The position numbers and the translations under genes were made by a program. The notes beneath the pieces were generated by a model, which was not told the DNA's origin, made no database searches, and saw nothing but the letters and a program-made list of their open reading frames with translations. 64,000 bases of DNA, from NCBI GenBank assembly GCA_963843555.1, contig CAWJKV010000005.1:1-64000 (forward strand), in the 5' to 3' direction. Shown piece after piece: positions 54,653-64,000 of this stretch (positions are counted from its first letter, which is position 1; each line of letters starts with the position of its first letter). Origin of the DNA: an uncultured Methanosarcinales archaeon (GTDB lineage: Archaea; Halobacteriota; Methanosarcinia; Methanotrichales; Methanotrichaceae).

Positions 54653-55108
54653 GTGTATGTCGTAGCGGACGCCTCAGTATTCATCTGGGGCAAAAGACCG
54701 GAGGGGGAGCTGATCACCGTCCCGGCAGTTGAGGCGGAGCTAAAGGATATAAGAACAAAATCGAGGCTCTACCTCTTCGAGGCACGGGTGGAGAGCCCCT
54801 CATCCCAGGCGCTGAAAGCGGCACGCAACGCAGCCGCAGAGACCGGCGACCTAAAAGCTTTGTCTCCCGCCGATCTGGAGGTTCTGGCTAAGGCCCTGGA
54901 GTATAGAGCCGTTCTCGCTACCGACGATTACGCTCTGCAAAACGTCGCTCTTCACCTCGGCCTGAAGATCGAGCCTATTGGACAGCCCCGGATAAAAAGA
55001 AAGATAAAACACGTCCAGAGGTGTCATGGCTGCGGTCATAGCTTCGAGGGGGAAGCATGTCCTGATTGCGGAACTCCTGCCCGAAAGAAAAAGAGGTGCA
55101 TAAGATGA
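54653..55108 (+). CDS. nob1: Nob1 endoribonuclease (PIN + Zn ribbon)
   Basis: VADASVF, LS.ADLEVLA.A, TDDYALQN, CHGC...CPDCG. Confidence 0.9.
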   Translation: MYVVADASVFIWGKRPEGELITVPAVEAELKDIRTKSRLYLFEARVESPSSQALKAARNAAAETGDLKALSPADLEVLAKALEYRAVLATDDYALQNVALHLGLKIEPIGQPRIKRKIKHVQRCHGCGHSFEGEACPDCGTPARKKKRCIR

Positions 55109-55722
55109 AGAATATTGAGACTTTGATGAAGAAAGCAACGGAATTGAAGGCGGAAGGGCTGGTAGAAGGTCAGATCTCGGAAGAGCTGAATGTCTCCAGC
55201 GAGACTGTGACCTGGCTTCTTACTCATGCTGAGAAGACGAGCACCACTCCCGGGCCCAAGGATATTTCCGTGGACTGGTCGATGATCGGCAAGAGCGCCT
55301 TCCGGCTGAGCCATATCTCTGAAGCCCTCTCCGATATCATCTATGAGACTCTGGACGCCAACGATTGTGGTGTGGATGTCGTGGTGGGCATTGCTCTATC
55401 CGGCCTGCCCCTGGCGAGCATGGTGGCCAATGATCTGGCGGCAGAGCTGGCCGTCTACACTCCCAGCAAGCAGATGCTGACCAGGGAGAGCAAGAAAGCG
55501 CGCGGCAACCTGAGCTCCAACTTCTCGGATGTCAAGGACAAGGAATGCATCATCATCGATGATGTGGTGACCACCGGCGAGACTCTGGAAGAGACTGTCG
55601 AGTATCTGGATGAGCACGGGGCCAAGATCAATGCCATCGCCGTCCTGATCGATAAGAAGGGCACGGACGAGATCGCAGGAGTGCCTGTGGTCTCGCTCTT
55701 GAAGGTTATCAGGGTAAACTAG
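55105..55722 (+). CDS. HTH + orotate-phosphoribosyltransferase-like protein (GfcR/PyrE-like)
   Basis: ISEELNVSSETVTWLL, DISVDWS, IIDDVVTTGET. Confidence 0.82.
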   Translation: MKNIETLMKKATELKAEGLVEGQISEELNVSSETVTWLLTHAEKTSTTPGPKDISVDWSMIGKSAFRLSHISEALSDIIYETLDANDCGVDVVVGIALSGLPLASMVANDLAAELAVYTPSKQMLTRESKKARGNLSSNFSDVKDKECIIIDDVVTTGETLEETVEYLDEHGAKINAIAVLIDKKGTDEIAGVPVVSLLKVIRVN

Positions 55723-55845
55723 ATACTAGCCGAAAAAAAGGATGGCCGGAGACCGAGCGGCCATTCACACTCATTTCTCGACTTTCTTCTCCTTTGGAAA
55801 GCCTTTTAGCATTCCTGCTCATTCTTTCGGAAAAAGCTGATTCAC

Positions 55846-58583
55846 ATGTTCTCCGAGGATGAATATCGATTGGACTTCTTCGTGGATGAGGGATTCCAAC
55901 GCAAGAAGTGCGAGAAATGCGGCAAATTCTTCTGGACCAGGGACGGCGCTAGAAAGACCTGCGGGGACCCGCCCTGCGATCCCTATACCTTTATTGGCTC
56001 GCCCATATTCAAGCGCGAGCACAGTCTGGACGAGATGCGCGAGCACTACCTCAGCTTCTTTGAGGCCCGAGGCCATGCTCGCATCAAGAGGTATCCGGTG
56101 GTGGCCCGCTGGCGGGACGACATCTATCTGACCATCGCCTCCATCGCCGACTTCCAGCCCTTTGTGACCTCCGGACAGGTGCCGCCGCCCGCCAACCCCC
56201 TGACCATCAGCCAGCCCTGCATCCGGCTGGACGACCTCGATTCGGTGGGGCGCAGCGGACGGCATCTCACGACCTTCGAGATGATGGCCCACCACGTCTT
56301 CAACACCCGCGAGAAAGAGCATTACTGGAAGGATCGGACAGTTCAGTTATGCGATGAGCTGCTGGTGGGCCTGGGGATGGACCCTCTGGCTGTGACCTAC
56401 AAGGAGAATCCCTGGGCAGGCGGAGGGAATGCCGGCCCCAGCGTGGAGGTCATGATCGGCGGCCTGGAGCTGGCGACGCTTGTCTTCATGGACCTGAAAG
56501 CCACGCCCGGGGGCGCCATCGAGATCAAAGGCGAGCGCTATGAGAAGATGAACAACTACATCGTGGACACCGGCTACGGCCTGGAGAGGTTCGTCTGGGC
56601 CTCCAAAGGCTCGCCCACCATTTACGACGCCATCTTTCCGGATCTGGTCAGAAAGGTGGCGGACCTGGCAGGCGTCGAGCACAATCTATCGGATCCGGAG
56701 TATGCCGAGATCTTCGCCCAGAACGCCCGGCTGGCGGGCATGGTGGACCTGGACGAGTATTCAGATGAAGGATCTGCGGACGAAGATTGCGGGCAGCATC
56801 GGCATCTCGCCTGAGAAGCTGGAGAAGACCATCGAGCCCATGGAACGCATCTATGCCGTGGTCGATCACACTCGCTGCCTGGCCTACATGCTGGGCGACG
56901 GCATCATTCCCTCCAATGTCAAGGCCGGCTACCTGGCCCGTCTGGTCATTCGCCGCACTCTGAGGCTGATGAAGGAGCTGGGATTGTCTCTGCCACTGGC
57001 AGAATCTGGTCGAGATGCAGATCGCGCGGCTGGACTACTCCGACTGGCAGGAGCGCTTCGTCACCATCAAGGAGATCCTGGACCAGGAGGAGCAGAAGTA
57101 CGCTGAGACCCTGGAGAAGGGGATAAGCGCTGGTCAAGAAGACGGCCGAGAGCTACTTCAGAAAGTTGCAGCCCATACCGCTGGTCGGAGATGATCTCCC
57201 TTTACGATACGCACGGCATTCCTCCTGAGATCGCTCGCGAGTCGGCAGAGGAGATGGGGGCATCTGTGGAGCTGCCGGACAATTTCTATTCACTGGTGGC
57301 CAAGAAGCACATCCGGGCGGAGGCTGAGGACGCTGCCAAAGCAGTCCTTCCCGGCAAGACGGAGCTGATGTTTTACGAGCATCCCTTCGAGCAGGTCTTC
57401 GAGGCACAGGTTCTGGATGTGGTGGACGGAGTCGGTCATCCTGGACAGGACGCTCCTCTATCCCGAGGGCGGCGGCCAGCCTGCTGATCACGGCACTCTG
57501 GAGAAGGGAGGCCAGGTCTTCTCGGTAGTGGATGTGCAAAAGTCGGGAGATGTGGTGCTGCATAAGCTGGAGCAGTCGGAAGGGCTGGTGAAGGGAGACC
57601 GCGTCACCGGGAGGGTGGACATGCGCCGCCGGCTGGCGCATGCGCGTCACCATACGGCAACGCATCTGGTCCACGACTCTGCGAAGCGCGTTTTGGGCAA
57701 GCACGTCTGGCAGGCCGGAGCCCAGAAGAGCGAGGACCGGGCCCGTCTGGACATATCCCATTACAAGCGCATCACAGATCTGGAGCTGAAGGCCATAGAG
57801 CTGGAGGCTAACCGGCGGGTGATGGAGATCGAGCCCGTGGATACCCAGTTCCTGCCCCGCACCGAGGCTGAGAAGCTCTTCGGCTTTGAGCTGTACCAGG
57901 GAGGCGTGCCGCCCGGAACGATCGATTCGGGTGGTGCACGTGGGCAGCGATATCGAGGCCTGCGCGGGAACGCACGTCACCAACACCGGCATGATCGGGG
58001 CCATCAAGATCCTGCGCGCCGAGCGCATTCAGGACGGCGTGGAGAGGATCGAGTTTGCCGCAGGCGAGGCGGCTGTGCGGGCCGGCCAGGGAGCGCGATG
58101 ACCTGCTCTGCGGGAGCGGCGGACGTATTGCGCGTGCCGAACGAACAGCTTCCCAAGACTGCGACGCGTTTCTTCGAGGAGTGGAAGAGCCAGCAAAAGG
58201 AGATCGAGCGGCTGAAGGAGGACTTGGCAAAGGCGCGGCTCAAGACGCTGACGGCCGATGCCGAAAGCATCGACGGCCTCAAGGTCGTGGTGCAGAAGAT
58301 GGGCAGCGCCGACATCGAGGAGCTGCTCAAGGCGGCGGCGCTGCTGGCGGAGCAGGACTGCGTTGCGCTGCTGGGCAGCGAGACGGGCAAGCTCGTGGCG
58401 GCCGTAGGCCGGTCGGGCCTGGCGAAGGGCGTCAAGGCGGGGAGCATCATCAAGGCGGCGGCGAAGCAGTTGGGCGGGGGTGGCGGAGGCAAGCCGGACC
58501 TGGCGCAGGGCGGAGGGCCCAATGTGGAGAAGCTGGACGAGGCCCTGGCTGCGGGAAGAGAGGCGATGAGGGCGGGGGCGTAA
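55846..58583 (+). CDS. alaS: Alanyl-tRNA synthetase (multiple frameshifts)
   Basis: [40 protein letters not shown] editing motif, [14 protein letters not shown]. Confidence 0.95.
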
Positions 58584-58717
58584 GGCCTCTGTCCATATCC
58601 ACTAGAAATGATTCTACAGCATTGAGTGTGGAATATTGGTGAATGTGGGTAATCAACGACACTGTGCTTTTCGAGCTATCCTCACATTTATATCAAAAGA
58701 GAATCAATAGCATCTAC

Positions 58718-58966
58718 GTGAATAATGAAAACCTGCTGGAACGGATCACCATCAATCCCAAAGTAATGGTTGGCAAACCCGTCATCCAGGGCACAAGGCT
58801 TACCGTGGAGTACATCCTGGGACTACTGGCTCATGGCACCACCATGGAGGAGATCATGGTGGAGTATCCCGGCCTGGTGAAGGACGATATCTATGCCTGT
58901 CTCCTCTTTGCCTCCAAGACCCTTCAAGATGCCTCCTTTATTCCCATCAAGGCTGAGGCCGTTTAG
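58718..58966 (+). CDS. DUF433 antitoxin
   Basis: RITINPKVMVGKPVIQGTRLTV...EYPGL..DDIYACL. Confidence 0.9.
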   Translation: MNNENLLERITINPKVMVGKPVIQGTRLTVEYILGLLAHGTTMEEIMVEYPGLVKDDIYACLLFASKTLQDASFIPIKAEAV

Positions 58967-59326
58967 ATGCGATTTCTGGTTGACGAGTGCGTGGGCCCTT
59001 CCGTCGTGCGCTGGCTGCGCATGAACAACCATGACGCCACCTCTGCTTACGAGGATTGCCGGGGGTGGGAAGATGAGAGCATACTCGAAAAAGCCTACTC
59101 GGAAGGGCGCATAGTAGTAACCATGGATAAGGATTTTGGAGATATGGTTTTTCGAATGAAATTGCCTCATCGCGGGATTATACTGCTTCGCAGCGCATAC
59201 TGCGGCCCATCCGAAAAGATCTCGATGATGGAAAAGGTTCTTTCCTTACCTGAATCGGATCTGTCAGGTCGCTTCGTCGTGGTTACAGAAACTGCGATCA
59301 GAATCTCGGGATCTATCATTGATTAG
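58967..59326 (+). CDS. DUF5615 PIN-like toxin
   Basis: MRFLVDECV, D..IL..A..EGRIVVTMDKDFG, GIILLR. Confidence 0.88.
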   Translation: MRFLVDECVGPSVVRWLRMNNHDATSAYEDCRGWEDESILEKAYSEGRIVVTMDKDFGDMVFRMKLPHRGIILLRSAYCGPSEKISMMEKVLSLPESDLSGRFVVVTETAIRISGSIID

Positions 59327-59351
59327 ACAATCCTCACGTATAAGAAGCGCT

Positions 59352-59593
59352 AGCAGAAGGAAATCACGAAGCTAAAGAGCCTTATCGCCGTGGCCGAAAT
59401 TAAAGACGGTCTCAAGATCGTAGTGCTGAATATGGGCAGCGCTGACATCAAGGAACTGCTCAATGCGGCGGCGAAGCAGTTGGGCGGGGGTGGCGGAGGC
59501 AAGCCGGACCTGGCGCAGGGCGGAGGGCCCAATGTGGAGAAGTTGGACGAGGCCCTGGCCGCGGGAAGAGGGGCGATGAGGGCTGGGGCGTAG
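59352..59593 (+). pseudogene. Duplicated, internally deleted alaS 3' fragment
   Basis: 59465-59593 nearly identical to 58455-58583; upstream part is a diverged copy of 58192-58335. Confidence 0.88.
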
Positions 59594-59653
59594 TCCTCGG
59601 TCTTCAAATTTCGGGCATTTAAGCCCTTAATGCCAATCCCATCCCCCAAAGTC

Positions 59654-60169
59654 CTATCTCTTCCCCTTGATCTCCTTCGCAATCTCCTCCACCAGTGCAT
59701 CCCTGTTCTCCAAAGTCACAGTTATCACCTTAAACGATCCCCGGATCTTCTTGGCCAGACGGTGATTGGACCACTCGTGCAGCACCACCAGCATGGGTTT
59801 TGGCGAGGCGATGGCCTTCTCCACCGCAGTGATGAACCTGCGGCTGGATAGCTCCATGGGACCTATCTCGTCTACGATGATGAGGTCGGAGTTCAATGCG
59901 TTCTCCACGGCTTGGGCCCCAACGCGGTCCAGGTCATCCAGGCGGACACGATACTTTCCCAGCTGGGGCCCATCCCCGGTCTCATCGGCCAGCATTCCAG
60001 TGGCCCCGGAGCCCAGGTCGAGGAGTTCAAAGCCGATGCGCCGGTCTTTGTAGCGCTTATCACGGGCCAAGACGCCGCCCACGCGCTCGCCCGATAGTGC
60101 CGCCACCTTCTGCACCAGGGTGGATTTGCCGATGCCGGGGTGACCTGTGACTGCAATTCTATGGACCAT
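59654..60169 (-). CDS. Nucleoside triphosphatase (THEP1/NTPase_1)
   Basis: VTGHPGIGKST, RIGF, GKYRV, VDEIGPMEL. Confidence 0.9.
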   Translation of the reverse strand: MVHRIAVTGHPGIGKSTLVQKVAALSGERVGGVLARDKRYKDRRIGFELLDLGSGATGMLADETGDGPQLGKYRVRLDDLDRVGAQAVENALNSDLIIVDEIGPMELSSRRFITAVEKAIASPKPMLVVLHEWSNHRLAKKIRGSFKVITVTLENRDALVEEIAKEIKGKR

Positions 60170-60590
60170 ACAGCTCCCTCATCCTCTCCACATAAAGGCT
60201 CAGGCTCTCTACGTCCTTTATCTCCTTTTTGACCAGCTTCTTGAGACGACAGCGTAGCTCGGCATCGGGGCGAGAGCCCACGGAGCGCAGGTGGTGCTCG
60301 ATATTCCTGGCCATCTCATCCCCTTTGCTGTCCCAGTCTGTGAGAAGGACAATCTCCGAGAAGTTCCGGGCGGCTTCCTCGGCCAGGTCCAGAGCCCTCC
60401 GGTGCGAGGCCATCATCACCGGCCCGGGCAGCCCCAAGGCTCGCAAGGCTATTTCGTCGTTCCTTCCCTCCACAATGATCGCAGCACCTTGAATTGAAGC
60501 CTCCAGGAGAGCGGCGATCAGCTCTTCCAGGGCCTCCAAATCATAAGTCCTCTTGGGACGGCTCTCTTGCGACGCTCTTCCCCAAACCAC
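60159..60590 (-). CDS. Small Toprim-domain protein (UPF0292-like)
   Basis: IIVEGRND...LTDWDSKG...KDVESL. Confidence 0.85.
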   Translation of the reverse strand: MVWGRASQESRPKRTYDLEALEELIAALLEASIQGAAIIVEGRNDEIALRALGLPGPVMMASHRRALDLAEEAARNFSEIVLLTDWDSKGDEMARNIEHHLRSVGSRPDAELRCRLKKLVKKEIKDVESLSLYVERMRELYGP

Positions 60591-60690
60591 TGTGTCTCCT
60601 GCTCAATTCCTGGATCTATTTTCTGAGTCTGTCCACCAGATCAATTCCTGGGGCCAAATTCATCGATTCATCCATTTGTATATTTCTACA

Positions 60691-61014
60691 TCAAAAATGG
60701 CTTAATATCGATTTCAAGATCATGACGACCTTATCCATTTCCTCGCCTTTCACTAGCAGAACCTTTCGCGCGTTTTTGTGGCCGCTCATAAGCTCAATAT
60801 CAGACTCGGAGATGCTCAAGACTCTGGCCAGCTCGGCCACAAGCTGGCGATTGGCTTTCCCTTTTGTCGCTTCCTCTGTCAACCGGGCCTCAAGAGATCG
60901 CCGCCAGGGGTTGAAGCCGGAGGGCACAGCCAGCCGGGAAGATCCGGGCACAACTTCAAAGCGGATGATGCAGCCAAGAGGGTGGTGCTCGACTGCTGGG
61001 CATGGGGCCATCAT
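60691..61014 (-). CDS. DUF167/YggU family protein
   Basis: VVPGS...GKANRQL...SGHKNARK. Confidence 0.82.
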   Translation of the reverse strand: MMAPCPAVEHHPLGCIIRFEVVPGSSRLAVPSGFNPWRRSLEARLTEEATKGKANRQLVAELARVLSISESDIELMSGHKNARKVLLVKGEEMDKVVMILKSILSHF

Positions 61015-61207
61015 TTTTAAATAGGCCTCCTGGGAGCTTAAAGTTTGTTGCCGGAGGGGCAGGATCACGAGGGTTGAAGGGGTGAAGCTAATCCATCCAT
61101 CATCATCTAAACTTGAATAATTTTTTAAAGCATGCAGGAGAGCTTTCCGGAAGGGAGCTTTTGGCAACAGGTTAAAATAGCGCCAGCGACGAAAGTCAAG
61201 AGGTTCG

Positions 61208-62566
61208 ATGAAGATCAAACAAATCGTCGTCCTGACAGGTCAAACCGAGGTGGCGAGTTCCATTCTTCCCGGCTTGGAGCAGCTTGGCCTGCAGATTTGT
61301 ATTCGAGATCGCTTTTCTTCTGGAAACGATGACCAAGAGAGCTTGTTGGTATGCGATTCTGGTTATGCAGAGACTCTGCCCGGCTCCGTTCTCATACGCC
61401 AGGCCTTGGGCAACGGATGCATCGTCCTTCTGGATGGCATGCAATGCCCTGCGGTTCTGGAGGAGATCAGAGAGACAGGTGGCCTTTCGTCGAAGACGAG
61501 AAATAACCTGGAGGCGTACGCCCTCTACAGGTGCCTGCAGAGCGATGGCGAAAGGCTGGCCGAATTGCAGTCCGGAGTGGACGGCCTGCCTCAATATGTG
61601 GCCACTGCCTACGAGAAGGTGCAGGACCTGCGCTATGGAGAGAACTGGCACCAGAAGGCGGCGCTGTACCGCAAAAAGAACGATCTGGGCCTGCCCGAAG
61701 CCCGGAAGCTCAACGGGCGGGAGATGTCCTACAACAATATGGTCGATGCGGAAACGGTATTGGAGATGCTCATCGACCTGTCGGAGTACGATGGAGCGCC
61801 CTCTCTGAAACCGCTTTCGGTCATTGTGAAGCATGCCAACCCCTGCGGTGTGGCCTATGGCAGCAGCCTTGCTGATGCCTATCGGCTCTCTTTTGCCACC
61901 GATCCCAAATCCGCATTCGGAGGCGTCATAGGCTTTAACCGAACAGTGGACGTGGACACGGCACAGGCCATAGGCGACGGCTTCGTGGAGGTTCTGCTGG
62001 CCCCAGGATTCGAGCCCGAAGCGCTGAAGCTGCTCACTGAGAAGAAGCCCAACCGCAGAGTACTGGATATAGGAGACCTGCTGCAAAGGAAGGAGGAGCT
62101 CTACATGGGCTACTACCAGAAAAGCATCTTCGGCGGCATGATGCTCCAGGATTATGATACCGGCGACATACAGGAGTGGAAGGTGGCGACCAAGAGACTT
62201 CCCACGGACACGGAGACCAGAGCCCTCCGTTTTGCCTGGAAGGTCGCCAAATATGTAAAATCCAACGCCCTGGTCTACACTACTGAGAATCAGACCATCG
62301 GCATAGGATCGGGCCAGGTGAGCCGCGTGGACTCAGCCCGCTTTGGAGCGGAGAAGGCGGAAGAGCATGGCCTGTCCACCCTGGGAACAGTGGCAGCCAC
62401 GGATTCATTCTTCCCCTTCCGGGACGGCCTGGATCAAACCTTCCAGGCGGGAGCTACAGCCGTAATTCATCCTGGCGGATCCATCCGGGATGCAGAGGTG
62501 ATAGATGCCGCCAACGAGCATGACATGGCCATGGTCTTCACGGGCATGCGCCACTTCAGGCACTAA
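61208..62566 (+). CDS. purH: PurH-type AICAR transformylase with vestigial IMP cyclohydrolase domain
   Basis: LRYGEN.HQ, SYNN..D, VKHANPCG, DPKSAFGG, VKSNA, GQVSRVD, DSFFPFRDG, RHFRH. Confidence 0.88.
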   Translation: MKIKQIVVLTGQTEVASSILPGLEQLGLQICIRDRFSSGNDDQESLLVCDSGYAETLPGSVLIRQALGNGCIVLLDGMQCPAVLEEIRETGGLSSKTRNNLEAYALYRCLQSDGERLAELQSGVDGLPQYVATAYEKVQDLRYGENWHQKAALYRKKNDLGLPEARKLNGREMSYNNMVDAETVLEMLIDLSEYDGAPSLKPLSVIVKHANPCGVAYGSSLADAYRLSFATDPKSAFGGVIGFNRTVDVDTAQAIGDGFVEVLLAPGFEPEALKLLTEKKPNRRVLDIGDLLQRKEELYMGYYQKSIFGGMMLQDYDTGDIQEWKVATKRLPTDTETRALRFAWKVAKYVKSNALVYTTENQTIGIGSGQVSRVDSARFGAEKAEEHGLSTLGTVAATDSFFPFRDGLDQTFQAGATAVIHPGGSIRDAEVIDAANEHDMAMVFTGMRHFRH

Positions 62567-62600
62567 AACCGGTCCGAAGGCGCAGGCAAGGGCACCGTCA

Positions 62601-64000
62601 TTGACACCGATCGCGCTTCTGGCGCTAGCATTGGTACTCTTCAATTCCGCTCTATTTGTTGAGGCATCGGCAAGCACGATCCAGGCAGGCGAGGATATCC
62701 AGAAGGCCATAAGCTCAGCCCAGGCAGGAGACATAATAATAGTGGGCCCGGGGGACCAGGGCACCTTCGATGTGGACCGGCCCCTGACGATTGTGGGGCA
62801 GGGCGGGCCGGTAATCCGCGCCTCTATGCAGACACCTGCCATAAGAGTAAACAGCGATGGCGTTACCATCTCCGGATTCAGCATACTTGGTGTGGGCAAG
62901 GACACCAATGCCAAGTTCAATTACTACATGCAAAATCCCCTGGCTGCAGCAGGAAAGCGTCTCGACGAGCCCAATGCCGCCATAGTTGTCCGCGGCAACG
63001 ACTTCCGGCTTCTAAACTCCACGGTATTTGGAGCGCAGGTAGGTGTACTTGCTGAGAACGCCTATAATCTCACCCTTCAGAATACCACCCTGGAAGGCTG
63101 CGATATAGGCGCGTATCTTGTGGGCTGCATCGCCCCCAGAGCGGACAACTGTAAAATTACCAATTGCAAAAAATACGGCCTTGATATCGAACAGTCTCGC
63201 GATATGATGCTTACAAATAACAGCATTCTAAATAACACTAATGGCGGAATCCTATTGAAAGGGTCAGACGGTGGCATAGTTCAGGATAACGTATTCTCCA
63301 TGAACACCTTCGGAATCTCCCTCTGGAATGCCTCCTACAACCAGTTAAAACGGAACAGGGCCGATCATAATTACTATGGATTCCTGGTAACATCCTGGTC
63401 GAACTACAACAATATCACAGATAATCTGGCTCTGGATAACAGCAGAAGCGAGATCATAACGGGCTTTGGCATCGGCTTCAGCCTGCAAGAGAACAGCAGC
63501 TATAACGTGATGATCAGAAACACTGCTATGAGGAACTTCAACGGCCTGGAGGTCTCCAAAGGCTGCCAGTTCAATGCCGTCTACGACAACAATGCTTCGG
63601 AAAATAAGCACGGCATAAGGCTCAATGAGAACCGGAATAACCTCATCTTCGGCAACAACTTCTATAATAATGATATCAATGCTTATGAGAATACCAGCCT
63701 CAATGTCTGGAACACCACTCTCGGCAACTATTACAGTGACTACCGAGGCAAGGACGAGAATGGCGACGGCATCGGCGATCAGCCTTATTCCCTGCCGGGC
63801 CCCGAATCGAAGTCCTTCGATCACAGGCCCCTGATCCGTCCCAACCTCGAGGGAGATCTGGGATTTTCGGCGCTCAGAGAAGAAGCCAGGAAATATGCCA
63901 TATTTGGACCGGCCGCTGAAGAGATCCCTCTCACGAGAAAGGTGAATGGAGTATTGGTGATATCCAGAGGCCTGCCCGGCACCCCGCCCAAATGGCCGGA
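62601..64000 (+). CDS. Secreted NosD/CASH right-handed beta-helix protein (runs off window end)
   Basis: TTG start, signal peptide, IQKAI..AQAGD.I.V.PG, GI.L..S.N repeats, GNYYSDY.G.D.NGDGIGD.PY. Confidence 0.82.
   Translation, partial: MTPIALLALALVLFNSALFVEASASTIQAGEDIQKAISSAQAGDIIIVGPGDQGTFDVDRPLTIVGQGGPVIRASMQTPAIRVNSDGVTISGFSILGVGKDTNAKFNYYMQNPLAAAGKRLDEPNAAIVVRGNDFRLLNSTVFGAQVGVLAENAYNLTLQNTTLEGCDIGAYLVGCIAPRADNCKITNCKKYGLDIEQSRDMMLTNNSILNNTNGGILLKGSDGGIVQDNVFSMNTFGISLWNASYNQLKRNRADHNYYGFLVTSWSNYNNITDNLALDNSRSEIITGFGIGFSLQENSSYNVMIRNTAMRNFNGLEVSKGCQFNAVYDNNASENKHGIRLNENRNNLIFGNNFYNNDINAYENTSLNVWNTTLGNYYSDYRGKDENGDGIGDQPYSLPGPESKSFDHRPLIRPNLEGDLGFSALREEARKYAIFGPAAEEIPLTRKVNGVLVISRGLPGTPPKWP

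Overview
Archaeal chromosomal segment, most consistent with Methanothrix (Methanosaeta)/Methanotrichales. Evidence: MC1 chromosomal protein, archaeal RibC, thermosome, Orc1/Cdc6 with ORB elements, secreted TPR/NosD/PEGA proteins. Mostly housekeeping: EF-2, LysC, PurM/D/C/H, NrdJ, GlnA, NadE, ThyA, a cbi cobalamin operon, oriC-cdc6, AspRS, AlaRS, ABCE1, Nob1, tRNA-Trp (with intron) and tRNA-Lys. Many essential genes carry 1-nt frameshifts in clusters, which most likely reflects long-read indel error. The best candidate for a little-described system is a three-gene operon at 38688-42758 (-): a degenerate KaiC-like ATPase, a small CbrX-like membrane protein, and a CrbS/CbrA-type SLC5-STAC transceptor whose kinase output is replaced by two DUF835 domains. 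Also notable: an unannotated ~235-nt structured RNA candidate (6481-6716), a C/D guide RNA matching pre-tRNA-Met C34, a TA islet bounded by a duplicated alaS 3' end, a sequon-dense repeat stalk, and a membrane-anchored wHTH regulator module. All family assignments come from motif recognition by eye; no database searches were run.
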